A stretch of DNA of 40,817 bases from Octopus bimaculoides (taxonomy: Eukaryota): the NCBI RefSeq assembly GCF_001194135.2, contig NC_068994.1, positions 58,704,831 to 58,745,647 of the forward strand, read 5' to 3'. A model generated the notes under the pieces. The model saw nothing but the letters and a program-made list of their open reading frames with translations, searched no databases and was not told the DNA's origin. A program made the position numbers and the translations under genes. Shown piece after piece: positions 1 through 12,118 of this stretch. Position 1 is the first letter of the stretch. The number at the start of each line of letters is the position of its first letter.

Positions 1-327
1 TGGTGGACTTCGAAGTGGAGTAGGGGTGGACGTGATCTTTAAGATCAGGGTGGCGTGTGGTATGACGTCAGCAACTGAGGAGCTGACCGCTGACCGGAAC
101 CGTGAACTGACCGGAACGGGGAGCTGACCGGAAGAGGAAGAAGGGCAGAGGGAGCCTCGATTGGGATTTCGTGCCCTTTTCGAGCGGGGTTGCTGTGACG
201 AGAGGACGTACCAAGCGATTGTCGAAGTGTTGGGAGAAGCAGCTGCTATTTCTAGCCTTCTTCGGGTCGGGCCAGCCGCGTGGATCGGATACTGCAGGAC
301 AGACTCGTGCAAAGGAAGGAAAACGAG
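1..327. other. CpG-rich promoter-like or exon-like segment, strand unresolved
   Basis: TGACGTCA (CRE) at 63-70, three GACCGGAA (ETS-like) repeats, plus-strand donor GAG|GTAAGC at 328. On the minus strand a pyrimidine tract and CAG acceptor precede 291, followed by 97 open codons to the window edge. Confidence 0.35.
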
Positions 328-1555
328 GTAAGCCGATTACTTCTACTCGCACGCATACACCACAACACTCATTGTAAAGACTAGTGTTTTTCATAGAGGG
401 GACACATGAGAATGCTTTGAGGACTGAAAAGAAAAGGACAAATTGGGTTCTGTTTAATCAAATTAAGAAGACTCTAAACTGGTTTTTAATCAACACGATG
501 GTGATTAAAGAACTGTTTGTCTTCTCATTAACGAAAAGTAGGAGGGGCAAAACATCTATTTCTTGGGGCCCTTGTCAGTTTGGTAGTCACTATTCTAGAC
601 AGACAATATGTATATGTGTGTGTGTGTATGTGTTTGTTAAATTGATACAGTATGTATATAAAAGTCATAAAATAGACAAGTGAAGTTCAAGGAAAAATTC
701 AATTTATGCATCCTGGATTGAATAGAATTAAAGATTTACAAGTCCAAGTAACACTGAACAGTGTACTCTTAGATAGACTATATCTGAAAACAAGATGAAG
801 TGGTCAAAACAGGAATATTTTTGATCCGAGATCTGGTCAACGAAGACTTGGGCTCAATGGTAACAATGTCTTCAGATGGTGGCACTGGCAGAGACCGAAA
901 TTGGAAATACAAAACGGAGGCGAACGTCTTTGGAAACGTATCGCTGTGAACACGAAAAATAATTCAATGAATTAACAGACGACAGACGGGCTGACCGAAT
1001 TATTTTCGCGCCTAAATTCTACAAGTATGAAGATGTGTGTGCGCGCGAGAGAGAGATTGTGTGCACCTGTGTATAGACGTACATTCACACACATACACAT
1101 GCACACGCGCACACACACATACAACAATATGTATTTGAATGGACATGTGTGGAACATGCATATATACACACATAGATAAATGTTCATACAAGACACTCTT
1201 ACATACGCAAAAAACTAACAAGCTACAGATGTCAAACTGTATATATAACCTACGTATCTTTTATGACCTTCAAAATCTCGTCCCCGTCGCTCCTCACTTA
1301 CACTCATCTAACTTTTAGACATTTTTCATACATTGTCTTCCACACAACAATGCTCTCACTCATCCATCCTTTCTGTCTTTCTCCCCCACTCTCTCTCCTC
1401 CCTGTCTCTCTCTCTCTCCCTCTCTCTCTCCTTCCATTCCATTTTGTATCACTTCTATTCTCAGAGTAACAAAACATTTAATTCTATCTTTTGTACTTGA
1501 GTGTCAGTTCTTCCATTCTCTATTTCTCTTACGTTTTGCTTTGCACGTACGTGTA

Positions 1556-1614
<59 letters not shown>

Positions 1615-1634
1615 ACATACACACACATTCTTTT

Positions 1635-1984
1635 TTCTCTACTTTTTTACTTGTTTCAGTCCATTTGACTGCAGCATTGCTGGAACACCGCAAATCGACC
1701 CCCAGGACTTATTCTTTGTAAGCCTAGTACTTATTCTATCGGCCTATTTTGCCGAGCCGTTAAGTTACGGGGACGTAACCACACCAATATCGGTTTTCAA
1801 AGCGATGGTGGTGGGGACAAATATACACGACGGGTTTCTTTCAATTTCCATCTACCAAATCCACTCACAAGGCTTCGGTGGGCCCGAGGCTATTGTAGAA
1901 GACACTTGCCCAAGGTGCCACGCTGTGGGACTGAACCCGGAACCATGAGGTTGGGAAGCAAGCTTCTTACCACACAGCCACTCT
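1635..1984 (-). mobile_element. Near full-length octopus tRNA-derived SINE
   Basis: tRNA-like head (TGGCTGTGTGG / GGTTCAGTCCC), body GTGAGTGGATTTGGTAGA, tail GACTGAAACAAGTAAAA; shared with many copies in the window. Confidence 0.85.
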
Positions 1985-1989
1985 TTCGC

Positions 1990-2190
1990 CATCGGACTGT
2001 GGCCATCCTGGGGAACCACTTTGAAAGGTTTATCGAGCAAATCGTCCCGACTACTGTTTTATTGAAGCGTGGAGCTTATTCTTTCAGTCTCTTTTGGGAA
2101 TTTCTAAGTTACTGCGATGTAAACAAACCAATACCGGTTATCAAGTGGCAGGGCAAACATAACACAATGACACACACACACACGCACACA
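1990..2190 (-). mobile_element. SINE 3' half, same family
   Basis: Diverged match to the tail region of the 1635-1984 copy, ending in (CA)n. Confidence 0.65.
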
Positions 2191-3379
2191 CACATATTTA
2201 TTCTTGAAAGAGACCAGTTCGTACGTACTTGGTGGTCAATTGGAATAATAAACTGGTCAAAAAATTTAATCGTAAACAGTGAACCCAGCAAAATATTCAT
2301 TTTGCCCCTGGGCGAAACCGTATGCGTTTAATTGCAGAGGCAGATGTAGAGAAAATGTATGTTATAAGAAATGGTTGTATGTCCGTATGTTGTTACATTT
2401 ACTTAGGACTTAACAAACAAAGTAAATAGCACTGGATTGTACATAGACCCTTTACCAGCTAAGCAGTCAATCGCCATATCAATTAGCATTTTTGTTTGAA
2501 AGCCTGAGAATAGGTAGGTAGCACACAGGTAAATAGACAGGTAACCAGAGATACACAAACACTGTGTGCGTGGAACTGATAGCTATTTCGGATTTGAACT
2601 TAGAACATCTAAGTTGAAAGTTAAATATATTTGCGATTAGCATTACCATCCGTAGTAATATTGCTTAGAACGAGCTCAGCTTATATCCTTGAACTTTGGT
2701 CAAAACGCTTATTGACGTTTTTCCAATCAATGGCAGGGGTTCGCTCCTCTGCTTGCAATATATATTGGGTGCAGACTGCATCGATAACCAGTGGAAGGAG
2801 GCTTCTTCTTCTCCTCTGGCTTAAAAACGGTAGTAACGTCGATTGTCAAGGAACAGCCATATTGACGTGGCGATAAACATTATATATATATAGCCATTAC
2901 TTTCATCTCTTATAGAGATTTTCTAACTAGCTACTTGTGTGTGTGTGTCTCTGTTTGGCGAGGATAGTGACGACTGGAAGAGTCTGTCCTGATATACCGT
3001 CCGGTTAGTAAATCTGTCATGTTCGATTGACATTGAAATGTCTTAGTTGTGGATTTAAAACTTAACTTATAAGAGTGAAAAGCTCAGCAAAAAATCGTAA
3101 CCATGGCATCAGATAAACACTGACGACATCCAGCTCAGTCAAAGGGTAGCAAGCATTTTGTGTCCTTATCAGTGTGTAATGTATTCACTTCATAAGAACA
3201 TTCTCAAGTTACATGTAACCAAGTATTGTGGTTTAAAGACATTTTGTTATCTCTAGATTCTACGATAAATAATGATTTATTCTTAGAATTCAGAGTGTCA
3301 TATATTTGAGAGAGATTTATGGATTTCCTCCTTTATTTCTTATAAATGATAAACTAGGACCAAAGCATAAGAAAGATGA

Positions 3380-3545
3380 CGTTCATAGATCTTGGTTCCA
3401 ATTCCCAGGCCGACTGTGTGTTGCGTTCTTGAGCAAAACACTTCATTACACGTTACTCCAGTTCGCTCAGCTGTAAACGTGTACCAACCCTGCAACAGAC
3501 TGGCGTTTCGTTCGGGGCGAATGTTGGCATGTTCGCCAAATCAGA
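3380..3545 (+). mobile_element. SINE fragment with Meta/V-like central domain
   Basis: TTCTTGAGCAAAACACTT...CTCAGCTGTAAA...CCCTGCAACAGACTGGCG; same family as 23288-23400. Confidence 0.55.
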
Positions 3546-3632
3546 GGGTGTCATCATTTGAATGCTAAAACAAATGCGATAGGCATCGTGACAAGCGGTG
3601 TATAACAGCATCCGATGGTCTGGTCGATATCG

Positions 3633-4008
3633 ATTGTAGTAAGAAGCTTGTTTCCTAACCACATGGTTCCGAGTTCAGTCCCACCGTATGGCACCTTGGG
3701 TGACTATCTTCTACTGTAGTCTCGGACCAACTAGCGCTTTATCAGTGGATTTGGTAGACGGAAACCGAAAGAAGCCCGTCGCATATATATATCTACATGT
3801 GTGTATTTTCGTGTTTGTGTTTGTCCCCAATGCTATTTGACAACCGGTGTTCGTGTGTTTACCTCCCCTTAACTTAGCGGTTCGGCAAAATCAACCGATA
3901 GAATAGGTACCAGGCCTAATAATGTACTGGGGTCGTTTCACACGACTAAATATTCTACAAGGTGGTGTTGGCATGGCAGCAGTCTAATGACAGAAACAAG
4001 TAAAAGAG
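3633..4008 (+). mobile_element. Near full-length octopus tRNA-derived SINE
   Basis: Reverse-orientation homolog of 1635-1984. Confidence 0.85.
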
Positions 4009-4029
4009 GGGGAAAAAAATTGTGTGTGT

Positions 4030-4170
4030 GTGTTTCTTCTTTGAGTTTTATTTAAGTTTTTAAGAGAGTTCAAACCGTTCGCTCTCAAAGCGTCAAGACA
4101 TTTTGTGTTAAGAGAGTTCCCGGCGTTTGTAAATATGTGGTTGAGTTGGTGCGTTGGTTAAACTGTTGAT
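4030..4170 (+). mobile_element. Short microsatellite-flanked element with a decayed hammerhead-like motif
   Basis: GAGAG(N13)CTCTC stem followed by AAA-GCGT-C-AAGAC; bounded by (TG)n and (TA)n. Confidence 0.35.
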
Positions 4171-4223
<53 letters not shown>

Positions 4224-4249
4224 CCAAGTATGTGCGTCTATTCACATGA

Positions 4250-5100
4250 GAATCTCAGAAAGAAAATCTTTGGAATGTCTCACAAATCTCTACTGGGCCA
4301 CTAATAGATTGGATTTGGAGAACCCGCATCATTTGTTCTTTCTTCGAAAAACTAAGTATTTCTAGATCCCTGTACAAATTTGTTGGTATTATAACCTGAT
4401 ACACCTCTGATGATAGATACAAATGAGAATTCATAGTCAGGGTACAAGAGCCGTAAGCTCCGTATTAATTCGCCAGAAATATTCTCTTTTCCTTGGACTT
4501 TTGACTGTACATTGACATCCGCTGGGCAACTGACCTCTACAGCAGCGCATAGGGCCAGGTAGTATCTCGTAGACATGCTGGAGCAGCTGCTGATGGTGTG
4601 AATGATAACTTCCACACTGGTTTAGCAGAGTCGACATTTTTTTATCACAGGTCCAGGAGAAGATACTTTTCCTGTCAATGCTGTAGTTGCTCTCTGGCTG
4701 ACGGGATATATACCCCATGCATTGCTTTTTATTGGCATGATGCTTGCTTCTCCTCCTAGCTTCTGTTTAGGTCGGCCGCCAGTCCAGCCTCCATTGGGTC
4801 GCATGTATCAGTTCTATTCTCACAAAACCTGTACAGTAGCTCTTCTCCAACTCTGAAGATCTTGCTGTTCTCATTTTTGAGATGTATGCATGGAATGTCC
4901 TCATTTCTTTATTTACTGTTCAGCGGGTGTCGTCTGAGTGATACAATGCGACATTCAAAGGCTGTCTAGACTGACTGTCCAGGCTGCAGATCTTGTCAAG
5001 TGTCCAGTCCATTGTCTTAAATGTTCGTACTAGCATTGACACTGCAAAAGCATTGAGACTTAAGTCTTGTTAAATGTAGGCAGCTCTGAAGTCCATATTT
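4250..5100 (-). mobile_element. Degenerate R4/Dong-clade non-LTR retrotransposon (RT C-terminus, CCHC finger, restriction-like endonuclease)
   Basis: Broken frames give LNAFAVSML...DWTLDKI, CRLC, HTISSCSSMSTRYYL, VEVSCPADVNV..K...KE, LRLLYPDYEF. Confidence 0.8.
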
Positions 5101-5149
5101 TCCGGTGTCTGTCTGACTGTATGTCATAGTGGTATATAGGTATTTATCG

Positions 5150-5378
5150 TTTATTTTTTCTTGATTCGGTCATTGGACTGCGGCCATACTGGAGCATCGC
5201 ATTGGGGGAATTTCAGTCGAACAAATGGAACTCAGAACTTTTTTATAAAGATCGGCACTTATTCTATCGGTCCATTTTGCCGAACCGCTATGTTATGAGA
5301 ATGTAAGCAAACTAACACTGGCTATTAAGCAGTGATGGGGGACAAACACGACACACACGCATATACAGAAACATGCAT

Positions 5379-5411
<33 letters not shown>
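5150..5411 (-). mobile_element. SINE 3' half ending in (CA)n at a gap
   Basis: GACTGCGGCCATACTGGAGCA...GCCGAACCGCTA...GGGGACAAACAC. Confidence 0.75.
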
Positions 5412-6594
5412 NNNNNNNNNNNNNNNNNNNNNNNNNNNNNNNNNNNNNNNNNNNNNNNNNNNNNNNNNNNNNNNNNNNNNNNNNNNNNNNNNNNNNNNNN
5501 NNNNNNNNNNNNNNNNNNNNNNNNNNNNNNNNNNNNNNNNNNNNNNNNNNNNNNNNNNNNNNNNNNNNNNNNNNNNNNNNNNNNNNNNNNNNNNNNNNNN
5601 NNNNNNNNNNNNNNNNNNNNNNNNNNNNNNNNNNNNNNNNNNNNNNNNNNNNNNNNNNNNNNNNNNNNNNNNNNNNNNNNNNNNNNNNNNNNNNNNNNNN
5701 NNNNNNNNNNNNNNNNNNNNNNNNNNNNNNNNNNNNNNNNNNNNNNNNNNNNNNNNNNNNNNNNNNNNNNNNNNNNNNNNNNNNNNNNNNNNNNNNNNNN
5801 NNNNNNNNNNNNNNNNNNNNNNNNNNNNNNNNNNNNNNNNNNNNNNNNNNNNNNNNNNNNNNNNNNNNNNNNNNNNNNNNNNNNNNNNNNNNNNNNNNNN
5901 NNNNNNNNNNNNNNNNNNNNNNNNNNNNNNNNNNNNNNNNNNNNNNNNNNNNNNNNNNNNNNNNCGAAACAAGAACCGTGTTGTTTATTGTTGGTGTGTT
6001 AAAGCCTCTTGGTAAACAAGTGTAGAGTAATGGTGTGAGCAAGTGAGGGGGACGAAGTAGGAGGAGTGTGCCGAGAAGGCGAGCAAGAGTGTAAACAATG
6101 TTGTTTATATCATCAGGTAAGATGATGACATACCACATGACACAGTTTCGCTCAGCAAAATACTTGTTACAATAATGGCAGAGTACACGCATGCGCACAG
6201 GCTTCATATTTGTACAAGCAACCTTCTCTTTTTGCTGAATCCAGCAGTTTGCAAACTTTTTTTTTTACCTATTTGATTCCTGCTTTACCTTACTGGACCC
6301 TCATTTGATATTTTAAAAAAGATCCCTTTATATTTTTATCATTAAATATTATTAGAGATTGTATTAAAAAAAAACTGTTAAAATATTTTTTATTCTGTAG
6401 AAGTATGAACAATTTATTGCAGATAAAATTTAATATAAAAAAAAAAAATCTTCTATGGATAACCTAAGGGTCATATGGGCCCTGGCTGAGAACTACTGAC
6501 TTAATCTAAACCCTCACATCAAGTGCTATTTTACAGCATGGGCACACAGGGCAGTTGCCTGCAGGCCTCACAGGTCTAGGGGCTCTCAAATCAT

Positions 6595-7345
6595 ACTTAT
6601 GTATGTATGTCATTATTCAGTTTAACGGACTGGTTTCTAACCTAGATCCAAGGCTCCTTCATTCGAATTTCAACACCAACAACAGGGTATTTTTGTTTGT
6701 ATGGATGTATGTAAGTGAAGATTTGTATGTTTTGCTTTATGTATGTATTCTCATGAATACAGTTGCATATCTAGACATGCTCATATATATTTAAATGATA
6801 AACTTCTGGAAAGTTTTACAGATTTTTACAGTTTCACTGATGGATCGGATCTGAAGTCTTCGAATCAGCTTTCTCCTTTCTGGTTTTGAGAAGCCTAATT
6901 TCTCACGATTGGTATTTAGGCAGTGCGTTACATATCCCAGGGCCCCAATAATCACAGGTATGAACCTGAACTTATAATCTGGATAGAGTAACTGCAGATT
7001 TCTCAATAGTTCAGCGTAGGTGTTCTCTTTTTCACTGATCTTCAGCTTTATGTTAACATCCACTGGGCAGCTGATTTCCACAACTATCTCCAGCTAATTT
7101 CCAGCTAATTTCCACAACTGTGCACAGTTTCTCTTCTCTATACCAGATGATTATATCAGGTATATTGTGCTTACATTTTATTGAGGTCTTCACTGGGACA
7201 TTCCACCAGTGCTCCTTTTTATTATGAATGGCTATGACTTCCACCATATTGTAGGTTCTTATTTCTTTGTCCTTGGGGTAATCCTTCTGAAGATCTTTCT
7301 GAAGATCTTGTTATGCAGTATTCTAGCTACAACATCATGTCTCAT
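6595..7345 (-). mobile_element. R4/Dong-clade LINE 3' fragment with endonuclease domain and 3' UTR
   Basis: PMRHDVVA, KHNIPDIIIW, VVEISCPVDVNIKLKISEKENTYAELLRNLQLLYPDYKFRFIPVIIGALGYV...KICKTFQKF; UTR ends in (CATA)n. Confidence 0.9.
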
Positions 7346-7640
7346 TGGCTAGTGTAGTCCTAGATACACTGTGTGTAAAGGACACATTGGCTAGTGTAGT
7401 CCTTGATACACTATATCAGAATGACACACTGTAATAATATATTTCTAGATACACTATGATTGAAGGACAGATTGAGTTATATATTCCCGAATACACAACA
7501 TCTGAAGGACACATTGGATAATGTAGTCCTAGATGCACTGTGGCAGAAGTATACATTGGATAATGCATTCTTAGGTACATTAGATAATGGAGTCTCACTG
7601 CACCTGAATGATGCATCGAATAATGTGGTCCCTCACACAG
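7343..7640 (+). repeat. Degenerate minisatellite, about 42-bp period, about 8 units
   Basis: Units CATTGG(C/A)TA(G/A)TGTAGTCCTAGATACACT...GGACA start at 7343 and 7385, then progressively diverge. Confidence 0.8.
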
Positions 7641-8098
7641 ATATACTTGAAAAGAATCAAAACAAGGCAGGGTGGTCATGAGTGGAAACTAAAGAAGAAC
7701 ATCAAAAACTGCAGCAGCAGCATAAACAACAACAACAGCAACAGAGACATCGTCGTCATCATCATCATCATCATCATGAATAACAACCACACCAACTCCA
7801 ACCCCAACACCAACCTTATACACATACATCAGACCACAAAGCCAGACTGGAAGTGACTTATAAAAAACAAACAAAAAAAAAAAGTCACCTGTTGCTTGTT
7901 TTCTGAAAGCTGAATCTAACCTCATTATATAAAGTTGTTGGTTTGTAAGCTCTTAGAAGTTGAAAAGCTTCTTATTGTTGCACTTAACATCTGTGTCAAG
8001 GATATGAACTGTAGGGATTTTGAGAGCTGAAGCTTGTGAGCTGTGGCTTGTGAGGTACGGCTTTGTGGAACAATGAGAGCAAAAACCATTGGGTGTAT

Positions 8099-8133
<35 letters not shown>

Positions 8134-8608
8134 AGCAATTATGATTATATAGGTAAGTTTGTCTGTGTTTGCATGGGATATATATATATATATATATATA
8201 CATATATGTATGTATATGCATGTGATTGTATGATAAAATTATTGTTAACATTAGAAGTATTTAAGCACACACTGACATAAATATATATTGCTCTTTGGTT
8301 ACCTATTCAAAGTAATATAGTAAGAGCCACTTACAATAATTACAATAAAGCACTACAAGTATCAATTTTGTGAGTATTTTGGTTTTATTTAAACAGTGAG
8401 TCCAACAAAAGAAGTTTTGTTTCGTTTGAGAAGGATGAAACAAAACACGTTTTGTTGGCCTCGTTATTTTAATTAGTCAAACACAATCACATCAACAAAT
8501 AAATTTGTTGGGCTTTTTTTGGTGCTGGCCAGGGTTGGTCAGCTCAGCAGGATCTAGGGAACTGGGGGATGATGTCTTGTTCCAATGTATCATCTTTGGC
8601 ATGGTTTC

Positions 8609-8645
8609 TATCGTTGGATGATGATGGTGGTGATGGTGGTGGTGG

Positions 8646-8710
<65 letters not shown>

Positions 8711-8831
8711 GTAGTGATGATGATGATGATGGNNNNNNNNNNNNNNNNNNNNNNNNNNNNNNNNNNNNNNNNNNNNNNNNNNNNNNNNNNNNNNTATCGT
8801 TGGATGATGATGGTGGTGATGGTGGTGGTGG

Positions 8832-8896
<65 letters not shown>

Positions 8897-8930
8897 GTAG
8901 TGATGATGATGATGATGGTGGTGGTGGTGA
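8609..8930 (+). repeat. (GAT/GGT)n microsatellite, duplicated across an N gap
   Basis: Directly visible; source of the poly-H, -D, -M and -I ORFs. Confidence 0.95.
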
Positions 8931-9734
8931 TGATTAGATTTAATTTCTCCCCAAACTCTCCAGCTTCTTTCTTTTTCTTTCTCAACTTCTACTTCCAAGG
9001 TTATACTCCGTAGTTTGAATTATGTTGGTTGTAAGAACACAAGAGATGTTCCAGGCAGATAGGAATTGGAGCACCAGACCTGGTGGACGAAAGCAACACA
9101 GAAAGACTCCTCCTGGGGTTAACCTGGTTCTAAATATGCAATCACTGTGGGGTGGGGTGGGGGGGGGGAGGAGTGGACCCCACCGAGAGGCTTATTGTAT
9201 AAGACAGAAATGCATGCGGACATATACACTGAAGGTCACATTTATAAGTGTGTGTGTGTGTGTGTGTAACATATATATATATATATGTATATGCACACAC
9301 GCACACACACACACACACATACACATGCATATACATATACACTCACCAAGCACACATGCACACACACACACACACACGTTGTGGCACTCATATGAACATA
9401 AATGGTTATAGCATATGGCCATGTTGTGATATGTTGATAAAAACAGGAGATAAAGAGTAAAAAAACAGATTAAAACAGATCAAGTAAGCAGTATGGAGCT
9501 GATCTGTTAATCTCCTCTAACACCTGCTCTCACTAAAGACACATTTGTCTTATCTTCTGATGGAATATATCTGCATCTCCGTGTGTGTGTGTATGTGCTG
9601 TATATAGATGCATACATCTCTCTCTCTCTCTCTCTGTTTTTATGTACGCGTGTGTGTGTGTGTGTGTGTGTGTGCGTATCACTTTGTCTTGATATGACAC
9701 AGTATATGCAAATGAGGAACACCATCATATGATC

Positions 9735-9925
9735 AATGTCATTTATTCTTTTACCTGTTTCAGTCATTTGACTGCGGCCATGCTGGAGCACTGCCTTTAG
9801 TTGAGCAAATCGACCCAGGACTTATATTTTGTAAGCCTAGTACTTATTCTATTTGTCTTTCTTGCCAAACCGCTAAGTGACAGGGACGTAAACACACCAG
9901 CATCGGTCGTCAAGCGATGTTGGGG
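9735..9925 (-). mobile_element. SINE 3' half
   Basis: GTTTCAGTCATTTGACTGCGGCCATGCTGGAGCAC...CATCGGTCGTCAAGCGATG. Confidence 0.85.
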
Positions 9926-9933
9926 GAGGGGGT

Positions 9934-9965
<32 letters not shown>

Positions 9966-10001
9966 TATATATATATGTGTGTGTGTGTGTGTATGTATAT
10001 A

Positions 10002-10035
<34 letters not shown>

Positions 10036-10724
10036 AGGCTGGTNNNNNNNNNNNNNNNNNNNNNNNNNNNNNNNNNNNNNNNNNNNNNNNNNNNNNNNNN
10101 NNNNNNNNNNNNNNNNNNNNNNNNNNNNNNNNNNNNNNNNNNNNNNNNNNNNNNNNNNNNNNNNNNNNNNNNNNNNNNNNNNNNNNNNNNNNNNNNNNNN
10201 NNNNNNNNNNNNNNNNNNNNNNNNNNNNNNNNNNNNNNNNNNNNNNNNNNNNNNNNNNNNNNNNNNNNNNNNNNNNNNNNNNNNNNNNNNNNNNNNNNNN
10301 NNNNNNNNNNNNNNNNNNNNNNNNNNNNNNNNNNNNNNNNNNNNNNNNNNNNNNNNNNNNNNNNNNNNNNNNNNNNNNNNNNNNNNNNNNNNNNNNNNNN
10401 NNNNNNNNNNNNNNNNNNNNNNNNNNNNNNNNNNNNNNNNNNNNNNNNNNNNNNNNNNNGAGAGAGAGAGAGAGAGAGAGGTGTATAAACAACTAGTTAG
10501 GTAGATGTGATATGTTGGTACAGGTAATGTCGATGTGGCACATGTCAGAAGCCAGCCTTTCCCTGGTAAACAACATTGGCAAAGAAGCAAGAATTTCTGA
10601 CTTTGAGATAAAAAGATTTATGACATCTTTATATGTGTGTGTGTGTGTGTACCTGCATGCATGTGGTGTGCAAGAGAAATGACTGCACTGGTAGGGTCAT
10701 GTGATGTGTATGGACGAGGACAAC

Positions 10725-10840
10725 AGTGTAAAGAAGAGCTAATCTCTGACTGTGGATGGAACCTGTGGCAAAAGTAGACTCAGGAAGACACGGAATGAGG
10801 TGGTGAAGCATGATCTTCACACTTTGAACCTTACAGAGGC
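10725..10840 (+). mobile_element. RTE LINE 3' fragment
   Basis: VKKS*SLTVDGTCGKSRLRKTRNEVVKHDL; homologous to 39763-39900 on the minus strand. Confidence 0.75.
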
Positions 10841-11334
10841 AATGACTAGTGACCGAGATCTTTGGTGATGTGCTTTGCCGGCTTTCCAAAGTTACCAAAG
10901 TTGCAATACTTTACCAAGGGAAACAACTCTAACTAGCAAACCGAAACACCGTGGTATTTAAACGTCGCCGACTGCTTGGTCTGCAGTAAATAATAGGTAC
11001 TATGAGGAAGTAGAGAAGCAGTAATATATAAACTATGTTTTATAAACACGAAGTACAGAGTTCAAATCCATTTGAATACAGTTTTTAGAGGGATGAACTT
11101 AGATGTAGTGTCTAACGGTAGCAGAGTCGGGGTATGTACCATCACCACCACATACCACCATTTCGCACTTCTTCACAACCATAACCAACACTACACAACT
11201 ATTGCCACCCAGATATCCAATGTGCTACCCTACTGTGCCACTCAGGCACTCAGTGTCACACCACTGTGCCACATTCCTGGAACTGAAATCAAATTTACAA
11301 CACACAATCAAAAGACTAAGAAATGTTTTGTTCT

Positions 11335-11340
11335 TTTATT
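11335..11340 (-). promoter_or_regulatory. Candidate polyadenylation signal (AATAAA) for DNAAF9
   Basis: First minus-strand AATAAA I found downstream of the stop, about 285 nt away. Confidence 0.45.
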
Positions 11341-11625
11341 TCACGAAAGGTTTTGTAACAGATGGGATAAACATTGATATTTACGGGTTAACTTCAGGTA
11401 ACTTACCCTTCAGCTGTATTACTGCTGTATGGATTAAGGGCAGTCACCCTTAACATGTGGTGTCACTATTGTATGGCTTTTCTGTAAGGTAGCCACCCTC
11501 AGTGTGCACTGCTGGAGTTGAACTGGTTGTAGTGTAAAGTGAGACTATGACCAGGTATAATGGGACTGGAAGCAGCCACAATCTGTTTATGAGTGCAATC
11601 AGAAAAATGCCCCTCCCCTCATTAT

Positions 11626-11744
11626 TTAGTCTTCTTCAAAAAACTGAAGAACATTTTCCTGATTTTGTTTCTCAATTTTTTTGTTATAATTTGTAATTTC
11701 AGAATTCTTAGTTGCAGTGTAGTGGTCAAGGAATTGGCCAAGAT
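11626..11744 (-). CDS. DNAAF9: DNAAF9 terminal coding exon: [39 protein letters not shown]
   Basis: gtctctcag acceptor, phase 1, TAA stop at 11628-11626. Confidence 0.9.
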
Positions 11745-12052
11745 CTGAGAGACATTAAGGAACAACACTGGAATATAGGTTCTTCAGGACACAAACGTGT
11801 GTGTATAGAAAAATATGAATATATATTTGTATTCTCACCATCACCGTTAGGCCTACCTTTTCCCTGCTAGCAAGGCTGAGACGAGATTCTAAAAGCATGA
11901 TTTGTTAGTCAGCATCTCTTACTCATTTCTTGAAGAAATGGAATTAATTATATTCCACTGATTTTCACATAATTATTTCAAAGGTGTTAATAAGAAAACA
12001 AGGATAAAACAAACATTAACACACACACATGCTCATACACTCACACACACAC

Positions 12053-12118
<66 letters not shown>

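Noticed and set aside
790-950. Minus-strand exon-like frame DTFPKTFASVLYFQFRSLPVPPSEDIVTIEPK
   Set aside because: Good acceptor but no convincing donor or homology.
5293-6207. Long ORFs crossing N gaps (also near 8492-9013, 9797-10590, 18760-19496 and 32046-32852), including the Cys-rich start LCHYCNKYFAERNC
   Set aside because: Their length comes from Ns and simple repeats; the Cys pattern is not a complete zinc finger and has no good acceptor.
8492-8998. Poly-His, -Asp, -Met and -Ile ORFs
   Set aside because: Translation of a (GAT)n microsatellite.
10524-10569. Possible 45-nt plus-strand exon GNVDVAHVRSQPFP
   Set aside because: No pyrimidine tract; CAG|GTAATG reads equally well as a donor.
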